DNA of 64,000 nt from an uncultured Planctomycetota bacterium (GTDB lineage Bacteria > Planctomycetota > Planctomycetia > Pirellulales > Lacipirellulaceae). Each line of letters opens with the position of its first letter. The first letter of the stretch is position 1. Below the pieces are notes generated by a model. It worked only from the letters and a program-made list of their open reading frames with translations. It searched no databases and was not told where the DNA came from. Location of the stretch: positions 159,135 through 223,134 of the forward strand of contig CAVRBU010000005.1 in NCBI GenBank assembly GCA_963719315.1, given 5' to 3'. Made by a program: the position numbers and the translations under genes. This document shows positions 40,935 through 51,982 of the stretch, piece by piece.

Positions 40935-43900
40935 TTAACTTTGTCGTGCGTCCATTGCAAACCGCTCTTGCAACGCCTGCACCTGCATCTCCTCGTCGCG
41001 AAGCGCTTCGATCGCCTTCACGGCGGCCGTCGCCGCTTGGATCGTGGTGACGCAGGGCACGCCGGCTTGCACGGCTGCCGCGCGAATTTTGCCGCCGTCG
41101 GTGCGCGATCGCTTGCCGCTCGAAGTGTTGACGACGAGCGCCACGGCCCGGTCGGCGAAATAATCGAGCAGGTTTGGTTTGCCCTCGATCAGTTTCTTCA
41201 CGCGGCGGACCGGAATGCCGCCGGCCTCGAGCGCGTCGGCCGTGCCGCCAGTGGACAATAACGAAAAGCGAAGCTCGACAAACTTGCGGGCCAGGTCCAG
41301 CACCGCGCCTTTGTGTCGATCCGCCACGCTGATGAAGATGTTGCCCTCGCTCGGCAGCACCGTGCCGGCCGCCAGTTGGCTCTTGGCGAACGCCATCGAA
41401 AACCGCTCGCTCACGCCCATCACTTCGCCGGTCGAACGCATCTCTGGCCCGAGTACGATATCGACCCCCGAAAACTTGATGAATGGAAACACGGCTTCCT
41501 TCACCGAAACAGCCGCGGGCACCGGGTCCTCCGTCACGCCTTGCTCGACCAGCGATACGCCCGCCATCACCTTCGCCGCAATTTTCGCCACCGGCATCCC
41601 CGTCGCTTTGGCCACAAACGGCACCGTGCGGCTGGCACGCGGATTCACTTCCAGAACGTAGACGACGGGGTACAGGGAATAGGATACTGGGGGCAGGGAT
41701 GCGGAACAAGTGTCTTTCGTTTCCCCGTCCCCTGTCCCCTGTCCCCTGTCCCCTTCCCACCGCACCGCGAACTGAACATTCATCAGCCCAACGACGTTCA
41801 ACTCACGTGCCAGCGCCACTGTCGCCGCGCGAATCTCCGCGATCACCGGTCCCGGCAAACTGTAGGGCGGTATCGCGCAGGCTGAGTCGCCGGAGTGGAC
41901 GCCCGCCTCTTCGATGTGCTCCATGATGCCGGGCACGACGACTGTGGTTCCGTCGCTGATGCAATCGACATCGACCTCTGTCGCCCCTTCCAAAAACCGA
42001 TCGATCAGCACCGGCTGCCCCTCGGCCGCGACAAACGCCTCGGCGACGAATTGCTCCATTTGCATGTCGTCGTAGCAAATCTGCATCGCCCGGCCGCCGA
42101 GCACGAAACTGGGTCGCACCAACAGCGGATAACCGACTTTCGCCACTTCGCGCCGCGCCTCTTCCATGTTGCGGGCAATGCCGTTCGGCGGTTGTCGCAA
42201 GCCGAGCTTGTGCAGCAATTGTTGAAACTTCTCGCGATCCTCGGCCGCCTCGATCGCGTCGACGCTCGTGCCGATGATCGGCACGCCGGCGTCCGCGAGC
42301 CGCCGCGCCAAGTTCAGCGGCGTCTGCCCGCCGAACTGCACGATTACGCCGTCCGGCTGCACGCGGTCGCAAATGTTGAGCACGTCTTCGACCGTCAGTG
42401 GTTCGAAGAACAGCATGTCGCTCGTGTCGTAATCGGTGCTGACCGTCTCGGGATTCGAGTTCACCATCACCGACTCAATGCCCAGCTCCTTCAATGCGAA
42501 GCTCGCATGGCAGCAGCAGTAGTCGAACTCGATCCCTTGCCCGATCCGATTTGGCCCGCCACCCAGAATGATAATGGACTTGAGTTCCGAGGGACGAGGA
42601 GCGAGGAGCGAGGAGCGAGCGTAAAAACCGCCTTCTCTAACTCTCGACCCTCGACCCTCAACCCTCAACCCTTCACTGTCCCTCGACCCTCGACCCTCAA
42701 CCCTCGACCCTTCGCTGGCTCTTGACTCTAGTCTCTTGACTCTTGTCTCCTTCGACGGTATTTCGTCCTCATCCTCATACGTCGAATAGTAGTACGGCGT
42801 GTACGCCTCGAACTCCGCCGCGCATGTGTCGACCGACTTGAACGCCGCCCGAATCCCCAGCCGCAGCCGTTCCTTCCGCACGTCCATCTCGGTTGTGCCA
42901 AAAATCCGCGCCAATTGCCGATCTGAAAACCCTTGCCGCTTCGCAGTGCGCAGCAGCTCCCTTATCCCCTCTCCCTTTGGGAGAGGGTTAGGGTGAGGGT
43001 GCCTTGCCGAACTCCCCACTCCCCACTCCCCACTCGCGCAGCGCCTCCTCCGTCTCGAAAATCTCATGTAGATTATCGAGAAACCACGGATCAATGCCCG
43101 TCAACTCATACACCTTGGCGACGCTCATGCCGCTCTTGAATGCGTATCGCAGATACCACACCCGCTCCGCCCCAGGCTTGGTGAGCTTCGCGATGATTTG
43201 CTCCTCGCTCGGCTGCTCGTCGGTCCCCCACAAATCGAGCGCGTCGCAACCGAAGCCATCGCTCTTTACTTCCAGCCCCCGCAACGCTTTTTGGAACGAC
43301 TCCTTGAACGTGCTGCCGATCGCCATCGTTTCGCCGACGCTTTTCATCTGCGTCGTGAGCGTGGCGTCGGCATCGGGGAATTTCTCGAACGCGAACCGCG
43401 GCACTTTCGTCACCACGTAGTCAATTGTCGGCTCGAAGCAGGCCGTGGTTTCGCGCGTGATGTCGTTCGGCAACTCGTGCAGCCGATATCCGACCGCGAG
43501 TTTAGCCGCAATTTTCGCGATCGGAAAACCAGTCGCCTTCGACGCCAGCGCGCTGGACCGGCTGACCCGTGGATTCATTTCAATGACGATCATCCGCCCG
43601 GTGTGCGGATGGATCGCGAACTGGATATTCGAGCCACCTGTCTCGACGCCGATCTCCCGAATCACAGCCAGTGACGCGTCCCGCATCCGCTGGTATTCCT
43701 TGTCGGTGAGCGTTTGGGCCGGGGCCACGGTGATCGAGTCGCCCGTGTGAATGCCCATCGGGTCGAAGTTTTCGATCGAGCAGATGATCACGACATTATC
43801 GTCCTTGTCGCGCATTACCTCCATCTCATATTCTTTCCAACCGATAATCGATTCTTCGATCAGAATCTGATGCACGGGGGACAGTTCCAGCCCGCGCTGC

Positions 43901-44475
43901 ACAAGCTGGTTGAACTCACTGTCCTCAAACGCAATCGCCGACCCGCTGCCGCCCATCGTAAAGCTTGGCCGCAATACGGCCGGTAGCCCGATTTCGCCAA
44001 GCCAATCGCGCGCCTCCGCCAGGCTCCGCACGCTCCGCCCGCGAGCCACATCGAGTCCGATGTTTTGCATCGCTTTCTGGAATCGCTCGCGGCTCTCGGC
44101 TTTGTCGATCACGTCGGCATTCGCGCCGATCATCTCGACGCCGAACTTTTCGAGCACGCCGTGTCGCGACAGGTCCATCGCCACATTGAGCCCCGTCTGC
44201 CCGCCGAGCGTGGGTAACAGCGCATCCGGCCGCTCCTTTTCGATGACCTTCGCCACGATCTCCCAGGTGAGCGGCTCGATATACGTGCGGTCGGCCGTCG
44301 CCGGATCGGTCATGATCGTGGCCGGATTCGAATTCACCAGCACGACTTGGTAGCCCTCTTCGCGCAGCGCCTTGCAAGCCTGCGTGCCCGAGTAATCAAA
44401 CTCGCAGGCCTGCCCAATCACAATCGGGCCGGAGCCAATAATAAGAATCTTCTTGAGGTCGTCGCGTCTGGGCAT
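40935..44475 (-). CDS. carB: Carbamoyl-phosphate synthase large subunit with three repeat-derived insertions (frameshift in the first)
   Basis: [64 protein letters not shown]; split into ORFs 42988-44475 and 40935-43094. Confidence 0.95.
41667..41757. repeat. In-frame (GGGGACA)n hairpin insertion in carB
   Basis: Encodes [12 protein letters not shown]...[10 protein letters not shown] between QFAV and VYVLEVNPR. Confidence 0.85.
42585..42750. repeat. In-frame (GAGGGTC/GAGAGTC)n and (CTCCTCG)n insertion in carB
   Basis: Encodes [36 protein letters not shown] between STYEDEDE and IIILGGGPN. Confidence 0.88.
42961..43035. repeat. (GAGTGGG)n heptamers plus CCCTCACCCTAACCCTCTCCC-AAA-GGGAGAGGG palindrome inserted in carB
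   Basis: Reverse strand gagtggggagtggggagtggggagt..ccctcaccctaaccctctcccaaagggagagggg; site of the frame change. Confidence 0.85.
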
Positions 44476-44811
44476 CAGAAAGAGGTCGGAGGCGGCAGGC
44501 GAGGCCGCTTCAGCAGCCGGGCAAACGACGCCCGAACGCCGAACGATAGCGCGCCGCCGTAACGAGTCTAAAATCGCTCAAGATTATCACGATCAATCCT
44601 CACCGCCTAGGTGCTGAAATCTCCCAGTAATTCGGCGGCCAAGCAAAAGTCGCGCCAATTTGGCTGCCAAGAAATCGCTTGATAATTGCCGCAGCGCACC
44701 TAATACTAATACCGGGTTCTCTCCGCTGTTGGGCCAGAGCGTTTGAAACGAATCGAGACGATTTCAACGCTTCAACGGTAGTCTGGTTCAACAATCAATC
44801 GGAGACGTTTC

Positions 44812-45650
44812 ATGTCCCGTGCTCTCTCGTTTCTATTAGCCGCAACGTCTTCCGTAGTGGCCTCGCTCGTCTTGACCATCGATGTTCCCGCACAGACCGT
44901 ATGGTCCGGCTTCGACGTCACGTTCACCAAGGCCAACGATGCGAACCCCAGCTTGCCTGAAAACCAGGACCGCATTACCGACAACATTTGGTTGACGCGC
45001 AACGTCCAAACCGGCTTGTTGAATATCCATGATGAGTCTTCGTTCAACCCCTTAGTTTCGCCCGTTGGCACTGAATGGGCGACATACATCAATAATCCAA
45101 ACGATACGATCGCCGCTACGAATTACGCCAACTTCACGTTTGTCCCGTGGATCGAGGCCTATGGCGGTCAGGGAGGAATGTCGTTGCCTGGGCGGCTTAC
45201 TGGCGGCAGCGCCGTCGTGCATTTAGTCACCGACGACATCTATCTCGATCTGCAGTTTACAGCTTGGACTTCCCATGCCGGCGGCGGCGGATTCTCATAC
45301 GACCGCGCCGCTGCCCCCGCTTTGCCTCCACCCACGGGAGACTACAACCATAACGGCGTCGTCGATGCGGCGGATTACGTCGTCTGGCGTGATACGCTCA
45401 ATCTGCCCGCCGTGCCACAGGGCAGCGGCGCCGATGGCAACGCCAATGGCTCGATCGACGCCGGTGACTACGACTATTGGAGAGCGCGATTCGGAACCGT
45501 CGTCAGCGGACCAGGCGCCGGAGCCGTTACGTTCGTGCCTGAACCGGGAAGCATCGTGTTGTCGCTGACGGGGCTGTTCGCTATTTTTCGGCTTCGGAAA
45601 CGACGCTCCGAATCGACAAAATCAACGCGCGCTTGGAAGAATTCCATGAC
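44812..45650 (+). CDS. Secreted protein with dockerin-like (GDYN.NG.VDAADY) domain and PEP-CTERM-like sorting signal
   Basis: Signal peptide; GDYNHNGVVDAADYVVWR; VPEPGS + hydrophobic stretch + RLRKRR; reads through into the next gene as assembled. Confidence 0.75.
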
Positions 45651-46434
45651 AATACTACGCGTCGCAGCCGGATTCATCGTATTTATGGCAACCTCGATTG
45701 CCACGATTCCCGTCGGCGCAACGTTCCACCTGTGGAAGTTTAGCGAGTTCTACTCCAATCCCGACGGCACCGTCCAATTCATTGAAATGTTGGATCCGTC
45801 CGATTTCGAGAATCAGGTGGGAGGAAAGACGATCACTTCCACTTCCACAGGGAAGACGTTCACATTTAGTGCAAACATCGGCACGACATCCACGGCAAAC
45901 CACCATCTATTGATCGCTACGCCCGGGTTCGGATCGTTGCCCCATGCGGTCACTCCCGATTACATTCTCCCGTCAATTAACTTTTTCAATCCGGCCGGCG
46001 ACACGCTCACATTCGCAGGGGGATTCGACGTTAAAACATTTGCGTCGGTGCCTACCGATGGTGTCACGTCGCGCATTTATCCGTCGAACACTTTAGCCAT
46101 CAACTCGCCGACCAATTTCGCCGGTCAAACCGATTCGTTGAATCTGGGTCCCCCCAGCGGCGACTACAATGGCAACGGCGTCGTCGACGCGGCCGATTAC
46201 GTCGTCTGGCGCAATACGTTGAATCAGCCTGCCGTGCCGCAGGGCAGCGGCGCCGATGGTAACGCCAATGGCACGATCGACGCCGGGGACTACGATTTCT
46301 GGCGCTCCAAATTCGGCAATGCGGTCGGTAGCGGCTCTGAATTAGGTACAGCGGCCGCCGTGTCTGAGCCGGCAACAGGTTTCCTGATGCTCGTCGCCTT
46401 GCTCGCCTTGCGATCATGCCGCCGCCGGCGCTAG
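45646..46434 (+). CDS. Second secreted dockerin-like / PEP-CTERM-like protein
   Basis: Own signal peptide MTILRVAAGF..; GDYNGNGVVDAADYVVWR; VSEPA + hydrophobic + RRRR*; about 160-bp near-repeat of 45337-45495 at 46159-46317. Confidence 0.75.
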   Translation: MTILRVAAGFIVFMATSIATIPVGATFHLWKFSEFYSNPDGTVQFIEMLDPSDFENQVGGKTITSTSTGKTFTFSANIGTTSTANHHLLIATPGFGSLPHAVTPDYILPSINFFNPAGDTLTFAGGFDVKTFASVPTDGVTSRIYPSNTLAINSPTNFAGQTDSLNLGPPSGDYNGNGVVDAADYVVWRNTLNQPAVPQGSGADGNANGTIDAGDYDFWRSKFGNAVGSGSELGTAAAVSEPATGFLMLVALLALRSCRRRR

Positions 46435-46652
46435 CGGACTTGCCAACGTAAGGCTCCGCCCCGACGGCAAAGCTTACCAAAATCGGCCCCTGCAACGTGT
46501 TTCGGCTGCGTGCTAGCGGCCGTTTCAACTAACTGACCCCTACCGATTCGCCGATACGAAATTCAGGCACATGCGGCGCGACCGCTATCTGCCGCAAACT
46601 TATCGCTCGCGATCGAAACCCAGACTCGTCCGATCGCACCAGGGGGGAAATC

Positions 46653-48050
46653 ATGCGCTCGTTCATCCTAGGCAGCCGCGCTGCCGCGCTCGGTTTATTG
46701 TGCGCCTGCGCCGTCGCGGTTCAAACCGGTCGGATATCCGCTCAGGAAATGGCCATCGGAGACCAATACGAGGGCAGCGAAGCCGTTGTCGACGACGGCG
46801 GTCCGGTCATGCGATACGACGGCGAGATGCCGAGCGACTACGGCTATAATGGCGGCGACACCTACGGCGGCGATTGCTATGGCGGCGACGATGACTATCT
46901 GCCTTGCGACTGCGAGCCCCAGTGTCAGCCGGGCTGCGACGAACATCGCTGCTGCTCCGGCTGGTTCGGCGCCGAATATCTGCGTTGGAAGATCGACGGC
47001 AACCGCCTGCCGCCGCTCGTGACCGCCGGTCCGTCGAGCGGTCCGCTGGCGAATGTCGCTCGGCTCGACGATCCGTCGACCGAAATCCTCTCCGGCGGCG
47101 AAACCGTGAATGATGATTGGCGCGACGGTTACCGCTTCTTCGGCGGCTTCTGGTTCGACTGCTGTCACAATTACGGCATCGGCGCCGATTACTTCGACAT
47201 CGGCAACGACGACTACGAGTTCACCTCGCCGCAGAACCCAGGCATCGTTACTGGCCGCCCGTTCTACAACACCGAATTAGGTGAGGACGATGTGGAACTC
47301 GTTTCCGTACCCAACGAACTGGATGGGACGGCCAATGTGCGATCCACCGACGGATTCCGTGGCGCCGGTGTAACACTGAATAAGGCCCTCTGGCGCTGCT
47401 GCGATCCGTGCTGTCAAGGTAATAGCTCGGGCATCACAATGCTCAGCGGCTACCGCTATTACAAGTACGATTCCAACCTCAGCATCACCGAACAACTGAC
47501 CGTGCTGCCCGGCACCACCTCGCCGCTCGTTCCCGGTACGACGTTTTACCTGCAAGACAGCTTCCGCACGCGTAATGTATTCAACGGCGGCGAAATCGGC
47601 CTGCAAACCTACAAGAAACGGTGCTGGTGGTGGATGGACGGCATGGCGAAAGTCGCCATGGGTTGGCAACGCAGCACGGTGACGGTGGACGGCGATACGA
47701 TCACCAACGTCCCCGGCGGCGGCATCTCGCAAGCCGCAGGTGGCCTGCTCACCTCGGAAATCACGAACATCGGCCGCTATCACGATTCCGACTTCGTGTT
47801 CATCCCTGAATTCCGCCTAGGCTTGGGCGCCTGCGTCACCAGGTGCTGCTCCGTGCGGGCGGGTTACAACGTGATCATCTGGGGCGACGTAGCCCGCGCC
47901 GCATCGCACCTGCCGCCAGATTTGCAGGTCGATCCGCGCAACCTTCCGCCAATCCAGAACGGCGGCGGACCCGAACCGGAATTCCCCGGTGTCCGCGGAT
48001 CGCAACTCGTAGCCCACGGTCTAGACGCCAGCGTCATGTGGCAGTGGTAA
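46653..48050 (+). CDS. BBP7-family (planctomycete) outer-membrane beta-barrel protein
   Basis: Signal peptide, Cys-rich linker, AEYLRW...PPLVT, GRPFYN, F.T.N.FNGGEIG, GGLL...NIG, terminal aromatic WQW. Confidence 0.85.
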   Translation: MRSFILGSRAAALGLLCACAVAVQTGRISAQEMAIGDQYEGSEAVVDDGGPVMRYDGEMPSDYGYNGGDTYGGDCYGGDDDYLPCDCEPQCQPGCDEHRCCSGWFGAEYLRWKIDGNRLPPLVTAGPSSGPLANVARLDDPSTEILSGGETVNDDWRDGYRFFGGFWFDCCHNYGIGADYFDIGNDDYEFTSPQNPGIVTGRPFYNTELGEDDVELVSVPNELDGTANVRSTDGFRGAGVTLNKALWRCCDPCCQGNSSGITMLSGYRYYKYDSNLSITEQLTVLPGTTSPLVPGTTFYLQDSFRTRNVFNGGEIGLQTYKKRCWWWMDGMAKVAMGWQRSTVTVDGDTITNVPGGGISQAAGGLLTSEITNIGRYHDSDFVFIPEFRLGLGACVTRCCSVRAGYNVIIWGDVARAASHLPPDLQVDPRNLPPIQNGGGPEPEFPGVRGSQLVAHGLDASVMWQW

Positions 48051-48728
48051 CGGTAGTTTGCCGTCCGGCGAAACGCATTGATGTCGGTTGCCATGCCTTC
48101 GTCGCGGGCGCCGCAACACAAAGCAACTTCCGCTGATCGCGACCATCGCGAGCATAAGCGACGTCGGCTCCGGAACCGGCGTGTTCAACGGCGGCGCCGA
48201 ACCGAGCAGGAAGCGCTTCGAGGCATACCCGGCCGCCAACCCGCGCTCGCCGAAATTGTAGTAGTCGCCTCCCACGTTAGCCGGCAGCACGATGTCGCTA
48301 AACATGTTGTTCGAGGCCACCCCCGCCGATGCGTTCGGCGGTATGGGTTGACCATTCAAGCTATGCAAGCTGCCGAGCGTGTCGATCCCATCCACAAACT
48401 CCATGGGCTGAGTTTGCCTCAAAACGTAAGTAGCGGGCTGTATGTTCTGGAACAAGTACCGGCCGTAGGGATCGGTCAGCATCGACGCGACGAATGTCTC
48501 GACGTTGCCCACCTTTGAAAACAGGCTAATCGATACGTCGCCGATCACGAATTCGGGATTTGGTTCGTTCGAGAAAGCCAGGTGGCCATCATTGTTACGA
48601 TCGATGTAAACCCAGCCTCCGAGCTGGCTCAAGCCAGGGATTTGGGCGGCGGCATTCGACGCAAGCGTTCCAAGTATACAAACAGCAAGTATCGAATAAC
48701 TCCGCCTAAAAAGGCGGTGCAGTGTCAT
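48021..48728 (-). CDS. SdrD-B-like domain protein with PEP-CTERM-like signal
   Basis: G.VYIDRNNDG, TDPYGRYLF, YNFGE; VPEPTS + hydrophobic + RRPRRR. Confidence 0.8.
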   Translation of the reverse strand: MTLHRLFRRSYSILAVCILGTLASNAAAQIPGLSQLGGWVYIDRNNDGHLAFSNEPNPEFVIGDVSISLFSKVGNVETFVASMLTDPYGRYLFQNIQPATYVLRQTQPMEFVDGIDTLGSLHSLNGQPIPPNASAGVASNNMFSDIVLPANVGGDYYNFGERGLAAGYASKRFLLGSAPPLNTPVPEPTSLMLAMVAISGSCFVLRRPRRRHGNRHQCVSPDGKLPLPLPHDAGV

Positions 48729-49128
48729 GGTGATTTTTCCAACGAGGACTAATTGAAGGCCGCGACGTGAGCGGCCGTAAGGTCGATCCGCTAGCGCCGC
48801 TTGCTGCAGCGCGAGATCACCATTAGTTCCTGCCTAGCGTTGGAAAACTGAGAATAGACCCCCCCAGCGGGAGCCCTACGTCTACCCTATATCATAATGG
48901 GGACTGAAAGTCGTGCAATAAGCTTAACAGAGTATTTTTCCTAATCGGTCATTTTTGTCTGATCGGCTAAGTCGACGGCCGCCCGACGGTCAGAGGACTG
49001 CAAACCGCTCCTTCAACGGTGTTTAGAGCGAAACTGCCGCTGAAAAGTAAATTACGGCAGATGTCGGCCGGTAAGACCTGGCCTAAGACTGGTCCAATTT
49101 CGGACGCCCGGTGTCGAAGGAGCGTCGC

Positions 49129-49418
49129 TTACGTTGACTTCGGCTTTTTGGCCCAAGACGCAATCCAGCGCTGCGTGCCATCTTCGAGCGGCGGGGCTGC
49201 TTCGATAATCTTGGCGATCTCGTCCGCGCTCATGCCCCGCTCGATCATCTCCCGCTTCATTTCCACTTCCAACCGCCGCTCGTGAATCGACTTGATGGTT
49301 CCGGAAACGAACACCACGATCGTGCAAATCACGCCCGTGGCGCACCCGATCCCCACGATTAACAGCGAAAATCGCTGGCCCGTATCAAAGCCCGACGTGA
49401 GCTCCGTAACCCGTTGGG
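49129..49418 (-). pseudogene. Small membrane protein, 5' end apparently lost at the IS junction
   Basis: TM segment + MKREMIERGMSADEIAKII; frame open to about 49418 without an ATG. Confidence 0.55.
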
Positions 49419-49449
49419 CAAGTAGCGTATAAATAAATAATTTTCAGGG

Positions 49450-50020
49450 CTGGGATCACGATCCGCCGGCCAAAGAGAAACTCGTGCCGTTGGGCGTGCT
49501 GATGCTGGCCACGGGCGTTTTGACCCTCTTGTTCGGCACCGCGGAGACGAGCGACTTTTGGGGTGACTGCCTGCGTGTGTGGTGGCGGAGTGTTCGCTCG
49601 CAATGCCGCCAGGTTCGGCGTTTGGTCATCTATCTGGACAACGGGCCGAAGAATTCCGGCTCGCGAACTCAGTTTCTCAAACGCATGATCGAGTTTGCCG
49701 ACTGGTCCGGGCTGGAAATTCGCTTGGTTTACTATCCGCCCTACCACAGCAAGTACAATCCGATCGAACGCTGCTGGTCGTCGTTGCAGAAGAAGTGGAA
49801 CGGCGTGCTGCTCACTTGTTGGGATGTGGTGCGAGCCTGCGCATTACGCATGTACTGGAAAGGCCAACACCCAGTCGTTGCTCGACTTGACGGAGAATAT
49901 CCGACTGGGGTCACCGTACCCAAGAAAGAAATGAAGCGTCTCAACATCCGACTTGAGAGGATGCAATCACTTCCCAAATACGATATCACCATCAAGCCAA
50001 AACGACCTCGCGGCAGGTAA
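49450..50020 (+). mobile_element. ISAzo13-family transposase, 3' fragment
   Basis: DHD, ETSDF, LDNGPKNSG.RTQF, YYPPYHSKYNPIERCW motifs; N-terminal half missing. Confidence 0.85.
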
Positions 50021-50065
50021 ACCACCATCTGCCGCTCGCCTTGTTCAGAAGCCACGCGTTCATGT

Positions 50066-50941
50066 CTAAGTCTGCGCCGGCAAGTTATCGGTTTTCAGTT
50101 CTATCTTGTTCGTTTCTTCTGGTGCTCCGGCTGGAGGCGAACCGTTTGGTTCGCCATTCGGCGGCAGGGCAGAGGAATACTTTGGCACATCTTTCCGCTG
50201 CTCGGCAGTGGGATGTGGTGGCCCATGACAAAACAAGCAGTCAACTTCACCGGTTTCGAGCGCCTTGAATGCCGCCTGATGAGGTGGGGCGTTCAAGTAA
50301 CCCGGTGTTCCTTCATGGCATTTCAAACAGTTTGCGTCCGGGTATTTGCCAACGTACGTAATCGGGCGCTGCCAGTCATCTGTCGTGTATTTCCACCAGT
50401 GCCGTAGTCCCACCAATTTTGCCTTGAATGTTCCATGTATCCCATACGTTGTGTGGCACTCGTAGCACTGATTCTCTGGAATCCACTTGTTGATAAAATG
50501 GCGTGCCGCAAGCGTAGTGCTCGCTGGGTTGCGCATGTCGTTCACAAATGGATCCATAGAATGGCAGGAGGCGCAAGAGTTGACTGTTTTGGTTTCCTCC
50601 AGGACAACAGTTGTTGTAGCCGTCAAAGTTAGCATAGGGAGGACTAGCAACCCCACAAGTAGCAGCCAGTGCAAGACGGCACGCCCAATCCGTCGCCGTA
50701 AGATCAGCTCGACGACTACTAACAGCGCGATCGCCACGGCCGCCGACCAGAATGCCACGCTACACATGACGTCCGTTGTATTTGGTCCTAGTTGATCGCT
50801 ACCGGCCCAAGCTGTTGCCGGACCAGCAAAATAGACTGACAGCCAAACCGACGCCAGCATGATTCTCTTGTACACCCAAGGCACCTGCAGCCCGTTGCCA
50901 TGTCCATCAGCTTCCATCAATCCGTTACGTGGCATACTCAT
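50066..50941 (-). CDS. Membrane-anchored tetraheme cytochrome c, NapC/NirT-like
   Basis: TM helices then CASCH(SM), CYECH, CLKCH, CLFCH; start uncertain. Confidence 0.85.
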   Translation of the reverse strand: MSMPRNGLMEADGHGNGLQVPWVYKRIMLASVWLSVYFAGPATAWAGSDQLGPNTTDVMCSVAFWSAAVAIALLVVVELILRRRIGRAVLHWLLLVGLLVLPMLTLTATTTVVLEETKTVNSCASCHSMDPFVNDMRNPASTTLAARHFINKWIPENQCYECHTTYGIHGTFKAKLVGLRHWWKYTTDDWQRPITYVGKYPDANCLKCHEGTPGYLNAPPHQAAFKALETGEVDCLFCHGPPHPTAEQRKDVPKYSSALPPNGEPNGSPPAGAPEETNKIELKTDNLPAQT

Positions 50942-51295
50942 GCGTAACCTTTCACCCGACCGCTCTCGATGGAATACAGTCTGGAACTTTGGCCGGCTCC
51001 GGACGCTCCACATTCTAACAGGGTGGCCCACTTCAGCAGATCGAAGTCTTCGCCGCGTCCGTCTCGCCTGAACTGAGCGACAAATTCCGGGGCACCCGCG
51101 ACAGGCGTCCAGCGATTTCGAAGAAACCAAGCCACTCGGTTTAAGACCGCCACTACCTCGCCGAGATCGTGCCCGCCAGAGCGTACAACAATCAGATCCC
51201 TCTGAGGCACGTTCGCCATTATCGGGTTTCCCAGTATTGATCCTCAGCTGGACCCACAGCACAAAGCGAGCCGATAGCCGAATGCTGCGTAAATC

Positions 51296-51844
51296 CTAAT
51301 CCTTCTTACGCAACTCCGGCGGGGTAGGATTCTCGTGATGCCCCTGGAGTACGTGGCAAGAAATGCAAGCGTTGTTCGGTAGAATTCTCCAGATTGAATC
51401 CCGCACCGTCTTTTCCTGATCCGGCGTGAGCTTCTTGTCGGCAAACTGTTTGGCGATCTCCCCGTGTTTGCTGCCGGGACCGTGGCAGGCCTCGCAGGAC
51501 GTCCCCTTCAAGTCAGGCGATGCCACGGCGGTCGTGAAACCCGTCGCTCGCCCGAAACCGGTTGTATGACACGACAAACACTTGGCATCCGTCTGGTATT
51601 GGGCGGGGAGCAAATCAAACGACTTCGCATGCTTGGTCGTCTTCCATTTCATAAACTGATCGAAATGACAGGCAGCGCATTGCTTCGCGCCCGTGTACTG
51701 CTGATCCGCCGGTGGGGCCGGCTCCTGTACGGTCGCCGCCGCTACCGGCTGCGACCAAGCCGGCCCACATCCTACCAACGCATAGCCCACGACGATTGCC
51801 AATACCAAACCAGAATCTGCTACGAACGAACGCGATTTCGACAT
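51296..51844 (-). CDS. Periplasmic tetraheme cytochrome c (c554-like)
   Basis: Signal peptide; Y.G...CAACH...W..T.HA..F, CLSCHTTG, CEACHGPGS.H, CISCH. Confidence 0.88.
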   Translation of the reverse strand: MSKSRSFVADSGLVLAIVVGYALVGCGPAWSQPVAAATVQEPAPPADQQYTGAKQCAACHFDQFMKWKTTKHAKSFDLLPAQYQTDAKCLSCHTTGFGRATGFTTAVASPDLKGTSCEACHGPGSKHGEIAKQFADKKLTPDQEKTVRDSIWRILPNNACISCHVLQGHHENPTPPELRKKD

Positions 51845-51982
51845 ATTAGGTACTCCTCGAAGATTCATCCAACGTGGGAAAGAAAGCACCGAACGTGGAG
51901 TGTCATTGTAACTAGCTCCCCATTGCCATTCAATAAATCATACGACCGAACTGCTTCCAACCACGGCTGCATGCGAAAGATC

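Noticed and set aside
42585..42750. Tandem repeats here and at 5713, 8839 and 9016 as a CRISPR array
   Set aside because: Units are 7 nt with no unique spacers, and there are no cas genes in the window
45337..46317. About 160-bp repeat pair as DGR template/variable repeats served by the RT at 58264
   Set aside because: Both copies are coding dockerin-like domains, differences are not adenine-specific, and the RT is embedded in a complete group II intron
44812..46434. Apparent 540-aa fusion with an internal PEP-CTERM signal
   Set aside because: The second half has its own signal peptide and an ATGA overlap at 45646-45649, so a 1-nt indel would give two ordinary coupled genes; probably an artefact
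50942..51262. N-terminal 107-aa extension of the NapC/NirT-like ORF
   Set aside because: Low-complexity Arg/Ser-rich translation with a TTG start and no motif; more likely intergenic sequence
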